Positions 53,254 through 61,721 of a stretch of DNA of 64,000 nucleotides are shown here, piece after piece. The stretch lies in sequence record OL631481.1; one strand, 5' to 3'. How positions within the stretch are numbered: position 1 is the first letter of the stretch; each line of letters begins with the position of its first letter. This DNA comes from Escherichia phage ECML-183-2. A program made the position numbers and the translations under genes. Below the pieces are notes generated by a model, which did no database searches, was not told the origin of the DNA, and was given only the letters and a program-made list of their open reading frames with translations.

Positions 53254-53856
53254 ATGACTGATAAAATTTCCCTGAAAAAAGGCTCTAGCGAAAAAATTTC
53301 CCTGAAGAAAGTTGCTCCGGCTCTGAAAGAACTGCGCCTGGAATTCTCTTGGAAATCTGATTCTAAACTGGATCTGGATGTAAGTGCACTGGTTTGTCGT
53401 CATAATGCCGCTGGCAATCCTGAAATGCTGTCCGCACGTCATCTGGTTTGCTATGCTAACAAGTTTGATCCTGAACGTTCTACCTTCGCTGGTGACGATG
53501 TTCGTGATGGAACTGGGAGCATGGAGCAGATTGATATTACTCTGGCTAAAATCTCTCCTGATGCACAAGAGATTGCCTTTGTTCTGACCATTGATGATGA
53601 TACAGGTCTGAAACGTTTTGGTCATGCTTCTGAAGGTATGCTTAAAATCTTCGATTCCGAGCGCAATGTGGAAATTCTGGATTTTGACTTCCTGGCTCCT
53701 GAAGTAGCTGGCAACACAATCTGCCACGTGGCTTCCCTGGTTCGTGAAGATGGGGAATGGAAGCTGAAAGCATATGGTGTAGGTAAAGCTGGTCTGGATA
53801 TTTGCGATGTGGTGATGGCCTTCGGTGGTAAAAAAGAATGGTATGAATGTCCATAA
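53254..53856 (+). CDS. TerD-domain protein
   Basis: ISLKK...LDLDVSALV...GDDVRDGTG...FVLTIDD pattern typical of TerD; strongly host-like codon usage (CTG, AAA, GAA). Confidence 0.75.
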   Translation: MTDKISLKKGSSEKISLKKVAPALKELRLEFSWKSDSKLDLDVSALVCRHNAAGNPEMLSARHLVCYANKFDPERSTFAGDDVRDGTGSMEQIDITLAKISPDAQEIAFVLTIDDDTGLKRFGHASEGMLKIFDSERNVEILDFDFLAPEVAGNTICHVASLVREDGEWKLKAYGVGKAGLDICDVVMAFGGKKEWYECP

Positions 53857-53874
53857 TAATTAACAAATGATTTT

Positions 53875-53894
53875 GAGGGGGAGAAATCCCCCTC
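53875..53894 (+). terminator. strong hairpin, probable terminator
   Basis: GAGGGGG-agaaat-CCCCCTC followed by TTGCAAT (imperfect U-tract). Confidence 0.4.
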
Positions 53895-53923
53895 TTGCAA
53901 TAAAGCCTCTATCGTGTTATACT
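53895..53923 (+). promoter_or_regulatory. extended -10 promoter
   Basis: TTGCAA ... TGtTATACT upstream of cell-wall hydrolase gene. Confidence 0.45.
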
Positions 53924-53955
53924 AGAAGTTCGTTAACTTAAAAAGGAGGCAAAAT

Positions 53956-54477
53956 TTGCTGATAAAAAACTTTGTAACAGTTGCGTTACTATCCTTAACT
54001 GCTTTTACATTTACACCTGTTGTGGCGAAAGCCGAAGCTGCAAACGTAAAAACCGCTAAAGTAGTTCACAAATGTACAAAGCAATATAATGATAAAATTC
54101 TATTAGCTTGTGCAATTTACGCAGAAGGTCGTGGTCTGGGTAAAAAAGGAATGAATGCCGTTGGGAATGTGGTAATCAACAGAAGAAATGATGCCTACTT
54201 CCCTAACACAGTCAAGGGAGTCTTGTTCCAGAAAGGGCAATTCTCATATGCGAAAACTTTTAACGTAACAGAGAAAGATAAGTGGCAGGAAGCAAAAGCA
54301 ATAGCGGAGCGTTTACTTTATTTAGAGAAACATTTTCCTGAATTGCGGTCTGTTTTAGATGTTACTAAAGGTGCTCTATACTTCAAGAAACGGAATATAA
54401 GGACACACTGGGAACGTGATATGCGTCTTGTTTATCGAGATAAAGTGCATGGTTTCTATCTACCAAAGGGGAGTTAA
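53956..54477 (+). CDS. secreted cell-wall hydrolase (SleB-like)
   Basis: TTG start after AAGGAGG; signal peptide; CAIYAEGRG...VVINRRND...FQKGQFSY pattern. Confidence 0.6.
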   Translation: MLIKNFVTVALLSLTAFTFTPVVAKAEAANVKTAKVVHKCTKQYNDKILLACAIYAEGRGLGKKGMNAVGNVVINRRNDAYFPNTVKGVLFQKGQFSYAKTFNVTEKDKWQEAKAIAERLLYLEKHFPELRSVLDVTKGALYFKKRNIRTHWERDMRLVYRDKVHGFYLPKGS

Positions 54478-54478
54478 A

Positions 54479-54763
54479 ATGCAAGAAGATAATACTGTTG
54501 TTGTAGCAAGTTACCTGGTTGTCGGTCTTACCGAAGAGGATGTATACTACACCCGTAAGCATTTAGAAGCATACGCTACTTTGTTTATGGAAGATGAAAA
54601 GGATGTAGATAAATATAGCATTGATATGATCAACGACAGTATTTATCCTTGTATGGTTCTTAAAGTAGATGCTGTATTGTGGGAGCGTTTTGCAAGGACT
54701 CATGATGCTGTAGAATGCTCCGCAGTAATGTCTCAAAACAATATTTTAGGGGAGATTCACTGA
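54479..54763 (+). CDS. hypothetical protein (94 aa)
   Basis: start at ATG after AAAGGGGAG RBS. Confidence 0.45.
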   Translation: MQEDNTVVVASYLVVGLTEEDVYYTRKHLEAYATLFMEDEKDVDKYSIDMINDSIYPCMVLKVDAVLWERFARTHDAVECSAVMSQNNILGEIH

Positions 54764-54993
54764 TGGGAGAAGTCATTGAAGTCAATTTTCGCACTAAACA
54801 GAAAGTGCAAAAATATGTCGTTATTAAAAACATTTGCGTTGTCTGCTTCAATACAGTAATATACGATTCACGACGCGGAGAAAACGAAAATGAACCTTAC
54901 ATTGAAATTTCTAAAAACAAAGGTCAATGTATTTGTAAGAACTGTGCAGTAGCTATTAAGGAGGTTGTAAATGAAAACGCTTGGGACCAATGA
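54763..54993 (+). CDS. small zinc-ribbon-like protein (76 aa)
   Basis: ATGA overlap; CVVC ... CKNC pairs. Confidence 0.45.
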   Translation: MGEVIEVNFRTKQKVQKYVVIKNICVVCFNTVIYDSRRGENENEPYIEISKNKGQCICKNCAVAIKEVVNENAWDQ

Positions 54994-55162
54994 AACTGGC
55001 GAAATCTCTCTTCAAGAAGTGACAAACGACAAACTGATTAAGCTACGAGACGTAGCTCGTGACCATCTTCAAGAATCTTTTAAAGAATACATGGAAGCAC
55101 GAGATCGTGTCATCCAGATTCAACAAGAAATGATTAAACGTGGGATTGTAGCCGACAGTTAA
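54971..55162 (+). CDS. hypothetical protein (63 aa)
   Basis: AAGGAGG RBS. Confidence 0.45.
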   Translation: MKTLGTNETGEISLQEVTNDKLIKLRDVARDHLQESFKEYMEARDRVIQIQQEMIKRGIVADS

Positions 55163-55178
55163 TATAACGGAGGGGAGA

Positions 55179-55742
55179 ATGATTTATTATATTACTCCCT
55201 ATCTGACAGGAAATATCGGCAAGGCTATCAATGAAGCCATTGCCGTTCTTCCAGATGATAGTTGGGTGTGTTTAAGAGATACCGATACAATGTTCCTCCT
55301 ACCTGATCAACCATCTATGCTTGAAGAGCTTGTTATGTCAAACCCGCCTTTTGATGTAATAGGTGCAACTTGTAACAGGTTAGGTAGTGGTTATCAGCTT
55401 TTCTCTAACCAAATTAACGATGATCCAGATATTCTAAACCATATAGAATATGCTAAGATTGCAAGAGAATATCATAAAGTGAGTGTTGAAGAAGTTCCTT
55501 TCGGAACACCTCTGGCAGGTTTCTTTTTGCTTTTTAGAAAATCATTGTGGAATGAAATTCCTTTCGAAGAAAAATCTATCCAATTCGACTTAATTTTCTC
55601 TCGCACTTTACATGAAAAAGGAAAGAGGTTAGGATTGATGCGGGGAATGTATCTGTTTCACATTTACAGATTAGGTCAAACAAATCCTCAACGGTCTATA
55701 CATCATTTATTACACTGTCATGATCACAGTAAAACTATTTAG
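55179..55742 (+). CDS. putative glycosyltransferase (GT-A-like)
   Basis: LRDTDTMF DxD-like motif; GGGGAGA RBS. Confidence 0.4.
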   Translation: MIYYITPYLTGNIGKAINEAIAVLPDDSWVCLRDTDTMFLLPDQPSMLEELVMSNPPFDVIGATCNRLGSGYQLFSNQINDDPDILNHIEYAKIAREYHKVSVEEVPFGTPLAGFFLLFRKSLWNEIPFEEKSIQFDLIFSRTLHEKGKRLGLMRGMYLFHIYRLGQTNPQRSIHHLLHCHDHSKTI

Positions 55743-55750
55743 GAGAGAAA

Positions 55751-56434
55751 ATGGAAAATATTAAAATCGGAGTGGGTGTTATCACTGTAGGTGTCCGTCC
55801 GCTTAAAGACTACCTTGTAACAGATCCACGTGCAGATTTTCGAGTATTCAACGATCCAGATCGTAAAGGTGTAGCTTATGCCAGGAATGAACTTATGCAC
55901 CAGTTTTATGAAGAAGGTTATGATTATTGGTTTATTTTTGACGACGATTGCTACCCAGTCATGGAAGGATGGGAAACATACTTTGTAGATCAAGCTGTTT
56001 CTGGAGGATGGGATTTCTTTGGTATGCCGGAGTACTTCAAAGATAAAGTTGTTGGAAGCAAAGGAGAAGTTATTCTCTGGGAACTTGCAATGTGTCAATT
56101 TGCAATGTATTCTCGTGCCGTTGTTGAGAAGATGGGTTATTTCCGCCCTTACACTCACGGTTATGGTTTTGAAGATGCCGAATGGGGACACCGTTTGAAA
56201 GCTGCTGGTTTGAATCATGGTATTCAGGCAACACCTTGTCCGCTTCGTATCATGGCTTATATCCACCCAGACGATGTTTTTGGAAACAATCCTATGCCTT
56301 TTGCTAATCTGACAAAAGAAGAGAAAGAAGCTGCTATTGGGATTAACTGGGAAGAATATAAAGCATCTTTAGAGGATATTAAAAATGGGAAAATCCGAAT
56401 TTCTTATGAGGAGGCACTAGCACATGTCAAATAA
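55751..56434 (+). CDS. glycosyltransferase family 2-like protein
   Basis: FIFDDDCYP (DxD) and GYGFEDAEWGHRL motifs. Confidence 0.6.
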   Translation: MENIKIGVGVITVGVRPLKDYLVTDPRADFRVFNDPDRKGVAYARNELMHQFYEEGYDYWFIFDDDCYPVMEGWETYFVDQAVSGGWDFFGMPEYFKDKVVGSKGEVILWELAMCQFAMYSRAVVEKMGYFRPYTHGYGFEDAEWGHRLKAAGLNHGIQATPCPLRIMAYIHPDDVFGNNPMPFANLTKEEKEAAIGINWEEYKASLEDIKNGKIRISYEEALAHVK

Positions 56435-57371
56435 AAAATGGACTAAACTGAAAATTGATGCAAAACCCCACAGTGGTTGTGATTATCATCGTATTGTTAT
56501 ACCATTTAACAACAATAATTTTCAGCCTAAGAAAGATGTTGTCGTGTTTAACCGTATTCATTCTAAAGGGGCAGAATACGTTCTGTCCCTGAAACGTCAA
56601 GGTGTTAAGATTGTTGTAGATTTAGATGATTTCTACCAACTTAATCCAGAACATTATTTAGCAAGTTTATATGAGTCAAACACTCGTGCTATTGTAGCTA
56701 TGGTTAAGCTTGCCGATGTGGTCATTGTGACTACGGAATATTTGGCATATAAGATCCGTCACTTAAATAGGAATGTTGTTGTAATCCGAAATGCACTTCC
56801 TTTTGATAGCGGACAATTTACTTTGTCAAATGACCGTTCATCCGGTACCCCTATTGTATGGGCTGGAGGTGCTAGTCATGAACCTGATTTACGACTAGTC
56901 TCTAACACTTTTGATGATGAACTTCTTACTATTGCGGGGTATGAAGCTTCGCAGAGTATCACAGGGCAAGAGTGGATTAAGATCCGTAGAAATTTACCAA
57001 ATGCCAAATATAAAGCTGCTGTAAAAGATTTAGATAATTACATGAGTGTTTACGAAAGTCATGCTATTGCTATAGCTCCTTTGGTAGACAATGATTTTAA
57101 TAATTGTAAAAGTAATCTCAAAATCCTTGAAGCTGGGGCAAAAGGTATTCCGATTGTTTGTTCTAAGGTATTACCTTATTTTAACCCTGTAGATGCTCGC
57201 GCTGTTGCTTATGCAGAGAATAAAGCAGAATGGCATTACGAAATTGTTAAGCTTCTTCGCAATCCGAACTATCGGGAAGATCGCGGCTTGTTCTTAGCGG
57301 AACATGTTCGAACACATTATAATCTGGCAGATGCAAACGAATTGCGACGCCAGGTTATTGAAAGTTTGTAG
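56424..57371 (+). CDS. GT-B fold glycosyltransferase (paralog 1)
   Basis: C-terminal NNCKSNLKILEAGAKGIPIV motif; paralog of 57379-58323. Confidence 0.55.
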   Translation: MSNKKWTKLKIDAKPHSGCDYHRIVIPFNNNNFQPKKDVVVFNRIHSKGAEYVLSLKRQGVKIVVDLDDFYQLNPEHYLASLYESNTRAIVAMVKLADVVIVTTEYLAYKIRHLNRNVVVIRNALPFDSGQFTLSNDRSSGTPIVWAGGASHEPDLRLVSNTFDDELLTIAGYEASQSITGQEWIKIRRNLPNAKYKAAVKDLDNYMSVYESHAIAIAPLVDNDFNNCKSNLKILEAGAKGIPIVCSKVLPYFNPVDARAVAYAENKAEWHYEIVKLLRNPNYREDRGLFLAEHVRTHYNLADANELRRQVIESL

Positions 57372-57378
57372 GTGAAGT

Positions 57379-58323
57379 ATGGGACAAATAATTCTTGACA
57401 ATCGTAACGGAATCAATTATAGTGTCTGCGATTTCCATAGGGTATTGCTGCCTTACTCAAGGCAGTTCTCTTCACAACCTAAACACAACGTTTTCGTTTT
57501 TAACGGAGTGCCAACAAAAGGTAAAGAGGGCTTTTTAGCCCTTAAAAACCTAGGTTTTAAAATGGTTATGGATTTGGATGACTCGTTAGTTATTCCAAAA
57601 GGACACATGTTAGAAGGTATTTTTGAATCAGGTATTCGTGAACATTTAAAATGGTTTTTAGAGCACAGCGATCTTGTTACAACTACGACACCTGCTTTGC
57701 AAGTTGAACTTTCACAATACAATGATAATGTGCACATAATCCCTAATGGACTTCCTTACGATGAAGGTCAATTTGTGTTGACCCGTGATCGCTACTCCAA
57801 AACTCCATTAGTCTGGGCTGGAAGTGAAACACATAAACAAGATTTGGCTATCTTGCCCGATTTTGGTAAAGATCTTACAATATGTGGTTTTCGTAGGGAT
57901 TCTGAAGTTTTAAGTAGTCGTGAATGGTCTGTAATCAGAGAAAATGTAGCACCAACTTGTGTTTATGAAGGTGTAAGACCATATGCCAACTACATGGAAT
58001 CTTACGATGGTCATCAAATCAGTCTTGCACCATTGATCGATAACGTGTTTAATAATGCAAAAAGCAATCTTAAAATTCTTGAGGCAGGTGCTAAGGGTTT
58101 ACCTTTAATCTGCTCTCCTCGTGAGAATTATCATACACAAGAGTTTAAAGATTTGTTATTCTTTGCTGAAACACCTTCCGAGTGGAAAGATATTACGGAA
58201 TACTTATTAAGTGCTCCCGATGTTTGCATGGAGAAAGGATTAGCATTAGCTAAGTATGTCAGGACTCATTATCACATTGATGTGTTGAATGAGCGTCGTA
58301 GACTTTTATTTGAGGAGCTATAA
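57379..58323 (+). CDS. GT-B fold glycosyltransferase (paralog 2)
   Basis: NNAKSNLKILEAGAKGLPLI motif; collinear similarity with 56424-57371. Confidence 0.55.
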   Translation: MGQIILDNRNGINYSVCDFHRVLLPYSRQFSSQPKHNVFVFNGVPTKGKEGFLALKNLGFKMVMDLDDSLVIPKGHMLEGIFESGIREHLKWFLEHSDLVTTTTPALQVELSQYNDNVHIIPNGLPYDEGQFVLTRDRYSKTPLVWAGSETHKQDLAILPDFGKDLTICGFRRDSEVLSSREWSVIRENVAPTCVYEGVRPYANYMESYDGHQISLAPLIDNVFNNAKSNLKILEAGAKGLPLICSPRENYHTQEFKDLLFFAETPSEWKDITEYLLSAPDVCMEKGLALAKYVRTHYHIDVLNERRRLLFEEL

Positions 58324-58601
58324 TGATTAACACTTTTGATTTTGAATACACCACTCGTAACGGGAAAGCCTTGGTTGTGGAGGTGGATTACTATTATGAA
58401 GAACCTAATCCACTTTCTCGTGAAAGCGATTGGGATTACCACGGAGGGCTTTTAATTGACGGTATTCGTTTTTATGAAGGATCTACAGAAGTTTTTGAAA
58501 AAGATTTAAATGTAACTGTAGCAGAAATTGCTTTCCAATTTAGAAAGCACATGGAAGAACTAGAAGCAGAATATATGATGGAGACTAACGAACCATTTTA
58601 A
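58323..58601 (+). CDS. hypothetical protein (92 aa)
   Basis: GAGGAG RBS. Confidence 0.5.
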   Translation: MINTFDFEYTTRNGKALVVEVDYYYEEPNPLSRESDWDYHGGLLIDGIRFYEGSTEVFEKDLNVTVAEIAFQFRKHMEELEAEYMMETNEPF

Positions 58602-58613
58602 CAGGAGAACAAA

Positions 58614-60392
58614 GTGTCGCACATTATAACTAAATATGGATTTGATGTTGATCTTAGCAAGGAAGGGCATACAGGTTGTCCGCGCTGCATGAAAAATGGC
58701 AAGGATCGCTCTCGTAATAACCTGATGGTTTATGGATTAGATTCTAATGGAGAGCATAAAGGTGCTAAGTGCTTTGCGTGTGAATACACTATTCCTAGCG
58801 TAGAATGGTTACGAGAAAATGGTGAAGTTTTAGAAGAAGAGGAGGAGATTGTGGGTTCGGAATTTAATAAACAGATTCATCGTAAAATTGTTCAAGAAAC
58901 ATCAACCAACCCACGTGGTTATCGAGGCATTAAAGAAAAAGTTTCATCTTTCTATGGTGTTCGTTATGAATATCGTCAGGAAGGGGATCAGATGGTAGTA
59001 GAAAGTTGTTTATATCCAACTACTATCGGTAAAGAATTGGTTGGTTTTAAGCGTCGTATTCATCCTAAAGATTTCAGTAAACCTATTGGTCAAGTAGGTA
59101 AAGATGTAGATCTTTTTGGACAAATTCGTTTTGCAGACCGTTCTCATACTGTGGTAATTACAGGTGGTGAACACGATGCTCTGGCAGCTTATCAAATGCT
59201 GTCTGAAAACTTGGACAACAAATATGAACTTCCAGCAGTAGTTAGTGGCACAACTGGTGAAACCAGTATGTATAAACAAGTTCAGGCACAATACCCTTTC
59301 TTTGAAAAATTTAAGAAGATTATTGTTTGCATGGATAATGACAAAGCAGGTAATGAGGCATTTGAAAATATTGTTAAGGTGCTGCCTCGTAACAAAGTCT
59401 ACCGTATGCAGATGGATCTTAAGGATGCCAATCAGTATCTGGAAGAAGGTCGTGCAAAAGATTTCGTAAAAGCTTTTTGGAGTGCTCGTCTATACACCCC
59501 AGCAGGTGTTTATGCTTCTAATGTCTTGTATGAAGCTGCATTAGAATGCTTGGAATCCAAGATGATTACCTTGCCTCCTTTTATGCGTGTTGCTGCAAAT
59601 ATGCTGGGTGGTGGTTTAGTAGAGGAAGAGATTACAGTCATCCTGGCAAAGACCAGTATCGGTAAAACTTTGATGGTGAACGAGATCACCAAACATATTA
59701 TCGTTGCACACCCAGAACATACCCTCGGTATTCTGTCATTGGAAGCAACTTATAAGAAATATTCTCGTAACCTGTTGTCCTCGTTCCTGCATATTCCTCT
59801 ACACAGGAAAACACCGGAAGAGAAATTTCAAATCTTGGAAGAGAATAAAGAAAAAATCCTAGATTTTTACGAAAGAGAAGATGGATCACCACGTTTTTAT
59901 GTGTGTGATGATCGTGGAGCAGATGTGGAGTCTATCAAAGAAAAAGTTTTGGAGATGATCATCTATTTTGGAGTAACAATTCTTGTTATCGACCCTTATT
60001 CTGATTTGCTTTCTGGTATGGATGTTCAAGCCCAGGAAGAGTTAGCAACATGGTTGAAGCGCATCATGAAAGAGTATGCTATAACTATTATCGTCATCTC
60101 ACACGTTAAGAAATCGGCTAATGGTGGCAATGAACACTTAACAGAGGACGATGCAATGGGTAGTAGTTTCTTGGCTAAAGGTGCTGGTATTACCTTGGCT
60201 TTGGAACGAGATAAAGCCGCTGAAGACCCTGTAGAACGCAATACGACTCATTGCTTTATCCTAAAAAACCGTGAGTTCTCGGAAACGGGTCCGGCAGGGC
60301 AGTTTTACTATGATATTAGAACTGCAACTCTGCATGACAAAGAGCAGTATTTCAACAATCCTGCTAATTTGCCTACGGATAGCAATTATTAA
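58614..60392 (+). CDS. bifunctional DNA primase-helicase (T7 gp4-like)
   Basis: GTG start; N-terminal CPRC...CFAC zinc ribbon, TOPRIM-like TGGEHDALAA, helicase Walker A AKTSIGKT and Walker B VLVIDPYSD. Confidence 0.8.
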   Translation: MSHIITKYGFDVDLSKEGHTGCPRCMKNGKDRSRNNLMVYGLDSNGEHKGAKCFACEYTIPSVEWLRENGEVLEEEEEIVGSEFNKQIHRKIVQETSTNPRGYRGIKEKVSSFYGVRYEYRQEGDQMVVESCLYPTTIGKELVGFKRRIHPKDFSKPIGQVGKDVDLFGQIRFADRSHTVVITGGEHDALAAYQMLSENLDNKYELPAVVSGTTGETSMYKQVQAQYPFFEKFKKIIVCMDNDKAGNEAFENIVKVLPRNKVYRMQMDLKDANQYLEEGRAKDFVKAFWSARLYTPAGVYASNVLYEAALECLESKMITLPPFMRVAANMLGGGLVEEEITVILAKTSIGKTLMVNEITKHIIVAHPEHTLGILSLEATYKKYSRNLLSSFLHIPLHRKTPEEKFQILEENKEKILDFYEREDGSPRFYVCDDRGADVESIKEKVLEMIIYFGVTILVIDPYSDLLSGMDVQAQEELATWLKRIMKEYAITIIVISHVKKSANGGNEHLTEDDAMGSSFLAKGAGITLALERDKAAEDPVERNTTHCFILKNREFSETGPAGQFYYDIRTATLHDKEQYFNNPANLPTDSNY

Positions 60393-60412
60393 GGGCTTCG
60401 GCCCTTTTATTA
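60392..60412 (+). terminator. rho-independent terminator
   Basis: AAGGGC-ttcg-GCCCTT followed by TTTATT. Confidence 0.6.
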
Positions 60413-60423
60413 AAAAATACCTG

Positions 60424-60452
60424 TTGACAACTTTACGGAAGGGACTTATACT
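60424..60452 (+). promoter_or_regulatory. sigma70-like promoter
   Basis: TTGACA-N17-TATACT. Confidence 0.6.
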
Positions 60453-60485
60453 TGTCTCATCAACCAAACAAGAGGAGAAGTAAAA

Positions 60486-60917
60486 ATGCGTATGACAATC
60501 GATCTGAATGCAAAAGTTAAAGCTGCTGGTGCTCTGGGTGCTGGTGTTATTAAACACAAACAAGCGTTGGCATTTGCCATCCCACATATGATTGTTGAGG
60601 ATCATCCTGAAGAGTTTGCTGTAAAAGTTGTTGAGAACAATGTCTCTGTTATTGAACATCTTCCAACTGGACGTTCTTACCGTGTTGTTTCTTCTAAAGG
60701 TTTCCGTTTCGATGTAAGCCCTTCTTTCACAAAAGGTGCTGGTCGTAGTAAAGTGGGTATTCTTTCTTACAAATATTATATCGATAAAGTTGCAGATGGT
60801 GTTGCATTCTGTCGTGTAAGTGAAGGTAAAGTAGATATCATCTTTAAAAATACCAAAAACATGGTTATTTCTGACGATGGTAAAGTTGACCTCACTATTG
60901 AGTTCGCTAACAACTAA
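60486..60917 (+). CDS. hypothetical protein (143 aa) with host-optimised codon usage, probably abundant
   Basis: dedicated promoter and upstream terminator; AGAGGAGAAG RBS; CTG/GGT/AAA-biased codons. Confidence 0.6.
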   Translation: MRMTIDLNAKVKAAGALGAGVIKHKQALAFAIPHMIVEDHPEEFAVKVVENNVSVIEHLPTGRSYRVVSSKGFRFDVSPSFTKGAGRSKVGILSYKYYIDKVADGVAFCRVSEGKVDIIFKNTKNMVISDDGKVDLTIEFANN

Positions 60918-60926
60918 GGAGGACTA

Positions 60927-61721
60927 TTGAGCAAGTTGAACACACTTGATCAATATTACACTAACCCCGCTTATGCGGGGTTCTTATGTGATAAGATCAA
61001 AGAAATTTTTGGAGAGGAAGCTAACTACGTAGAACCATCTGCGGGAGAAGGAGCTTTCTCTTCTTGTTTTAAAAACATAACTTCTTTTGATATTGACCCT
61101 AAGTTTGAAGATTGTATTGAGGCAGATTTTTTAGCTCAATCTGTTGAGTCTGTTGGTAGTGTAACTGCTTTTGTCGGTAATCCTCCGTTTGGAAAAAATG
61201 CTAGTCTTGCCATTAAGTTCTTTAACCATTGTGCTGAAATGTTGGATAACGAAGGTGGTATTTGTTTTATCTTGCCTCGCACATTTCAAAAAATCTTTTT
61301 TGCACACAAATTAAATCCCCATATGCATCTTCTTTACGAAGAAGAATGTCCAAAAGGATCTTTTATTCTTCATGGAGAACCTTGGGATGTTCCTTGTGTA
61401 TTCCAGATATGGATTAAACGCAATGAGAAGCGTTCTCCTGTTGTTTTAGGAGAGAATCGACTATTCGTATTAGGCAACAGTAAAGACTACGACATAGCCG
61501 TTAGGAGAGCGGGAGCAAGTGCAGGTAAAGTGTTATCAGAAGAAGATTCTTTATCTGAAGCATCTACCTATTTTTTAAAAGCCTTGACTTCTGATCTTAA
61601 AACGCGTATCATTGAGGCTTACCCGTTACTTAAAGCTGAAGCTAGTAAAACTGCGGGAGTAAGAAGTTTAAGTTTAAAAGAACTTCAGTGGGTTCTGGAG
61701 AACATTAGAAAGGAGGAATAG
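60927..61721 (+). CDS. DNA methyltransferase (amino-methyltransferase with NPPF motif, probably N6-adenine)
   Basis: TTG start after AAGGAGG; motif I EPSAGEGAF and motif IV NPPF. Confidence 0.7.
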   Translation: MSKLNTLDQYYTNPAYAGFLCDKIKEIFGEEANYVEPSAGEGAFSSCFKNITSFDIDPKFEDCIEADFLAQSVESVGSVTAFVGNPPFGKNASLAIKFFNHCAEMLDNEGGICFILPRTFQKIFFAHKLNPHMHLLYEEECPKGSFILHGEPWDVPCVFQIWIKRNEKRSPVVLGENRLFVLGNSKDYDIAVRRAGASAGKVLSEEDSLSEASTYFLKALTSDLKTRIIEAYPLLKAEASKTAGVRSLSLKELQWVLENIRKEE

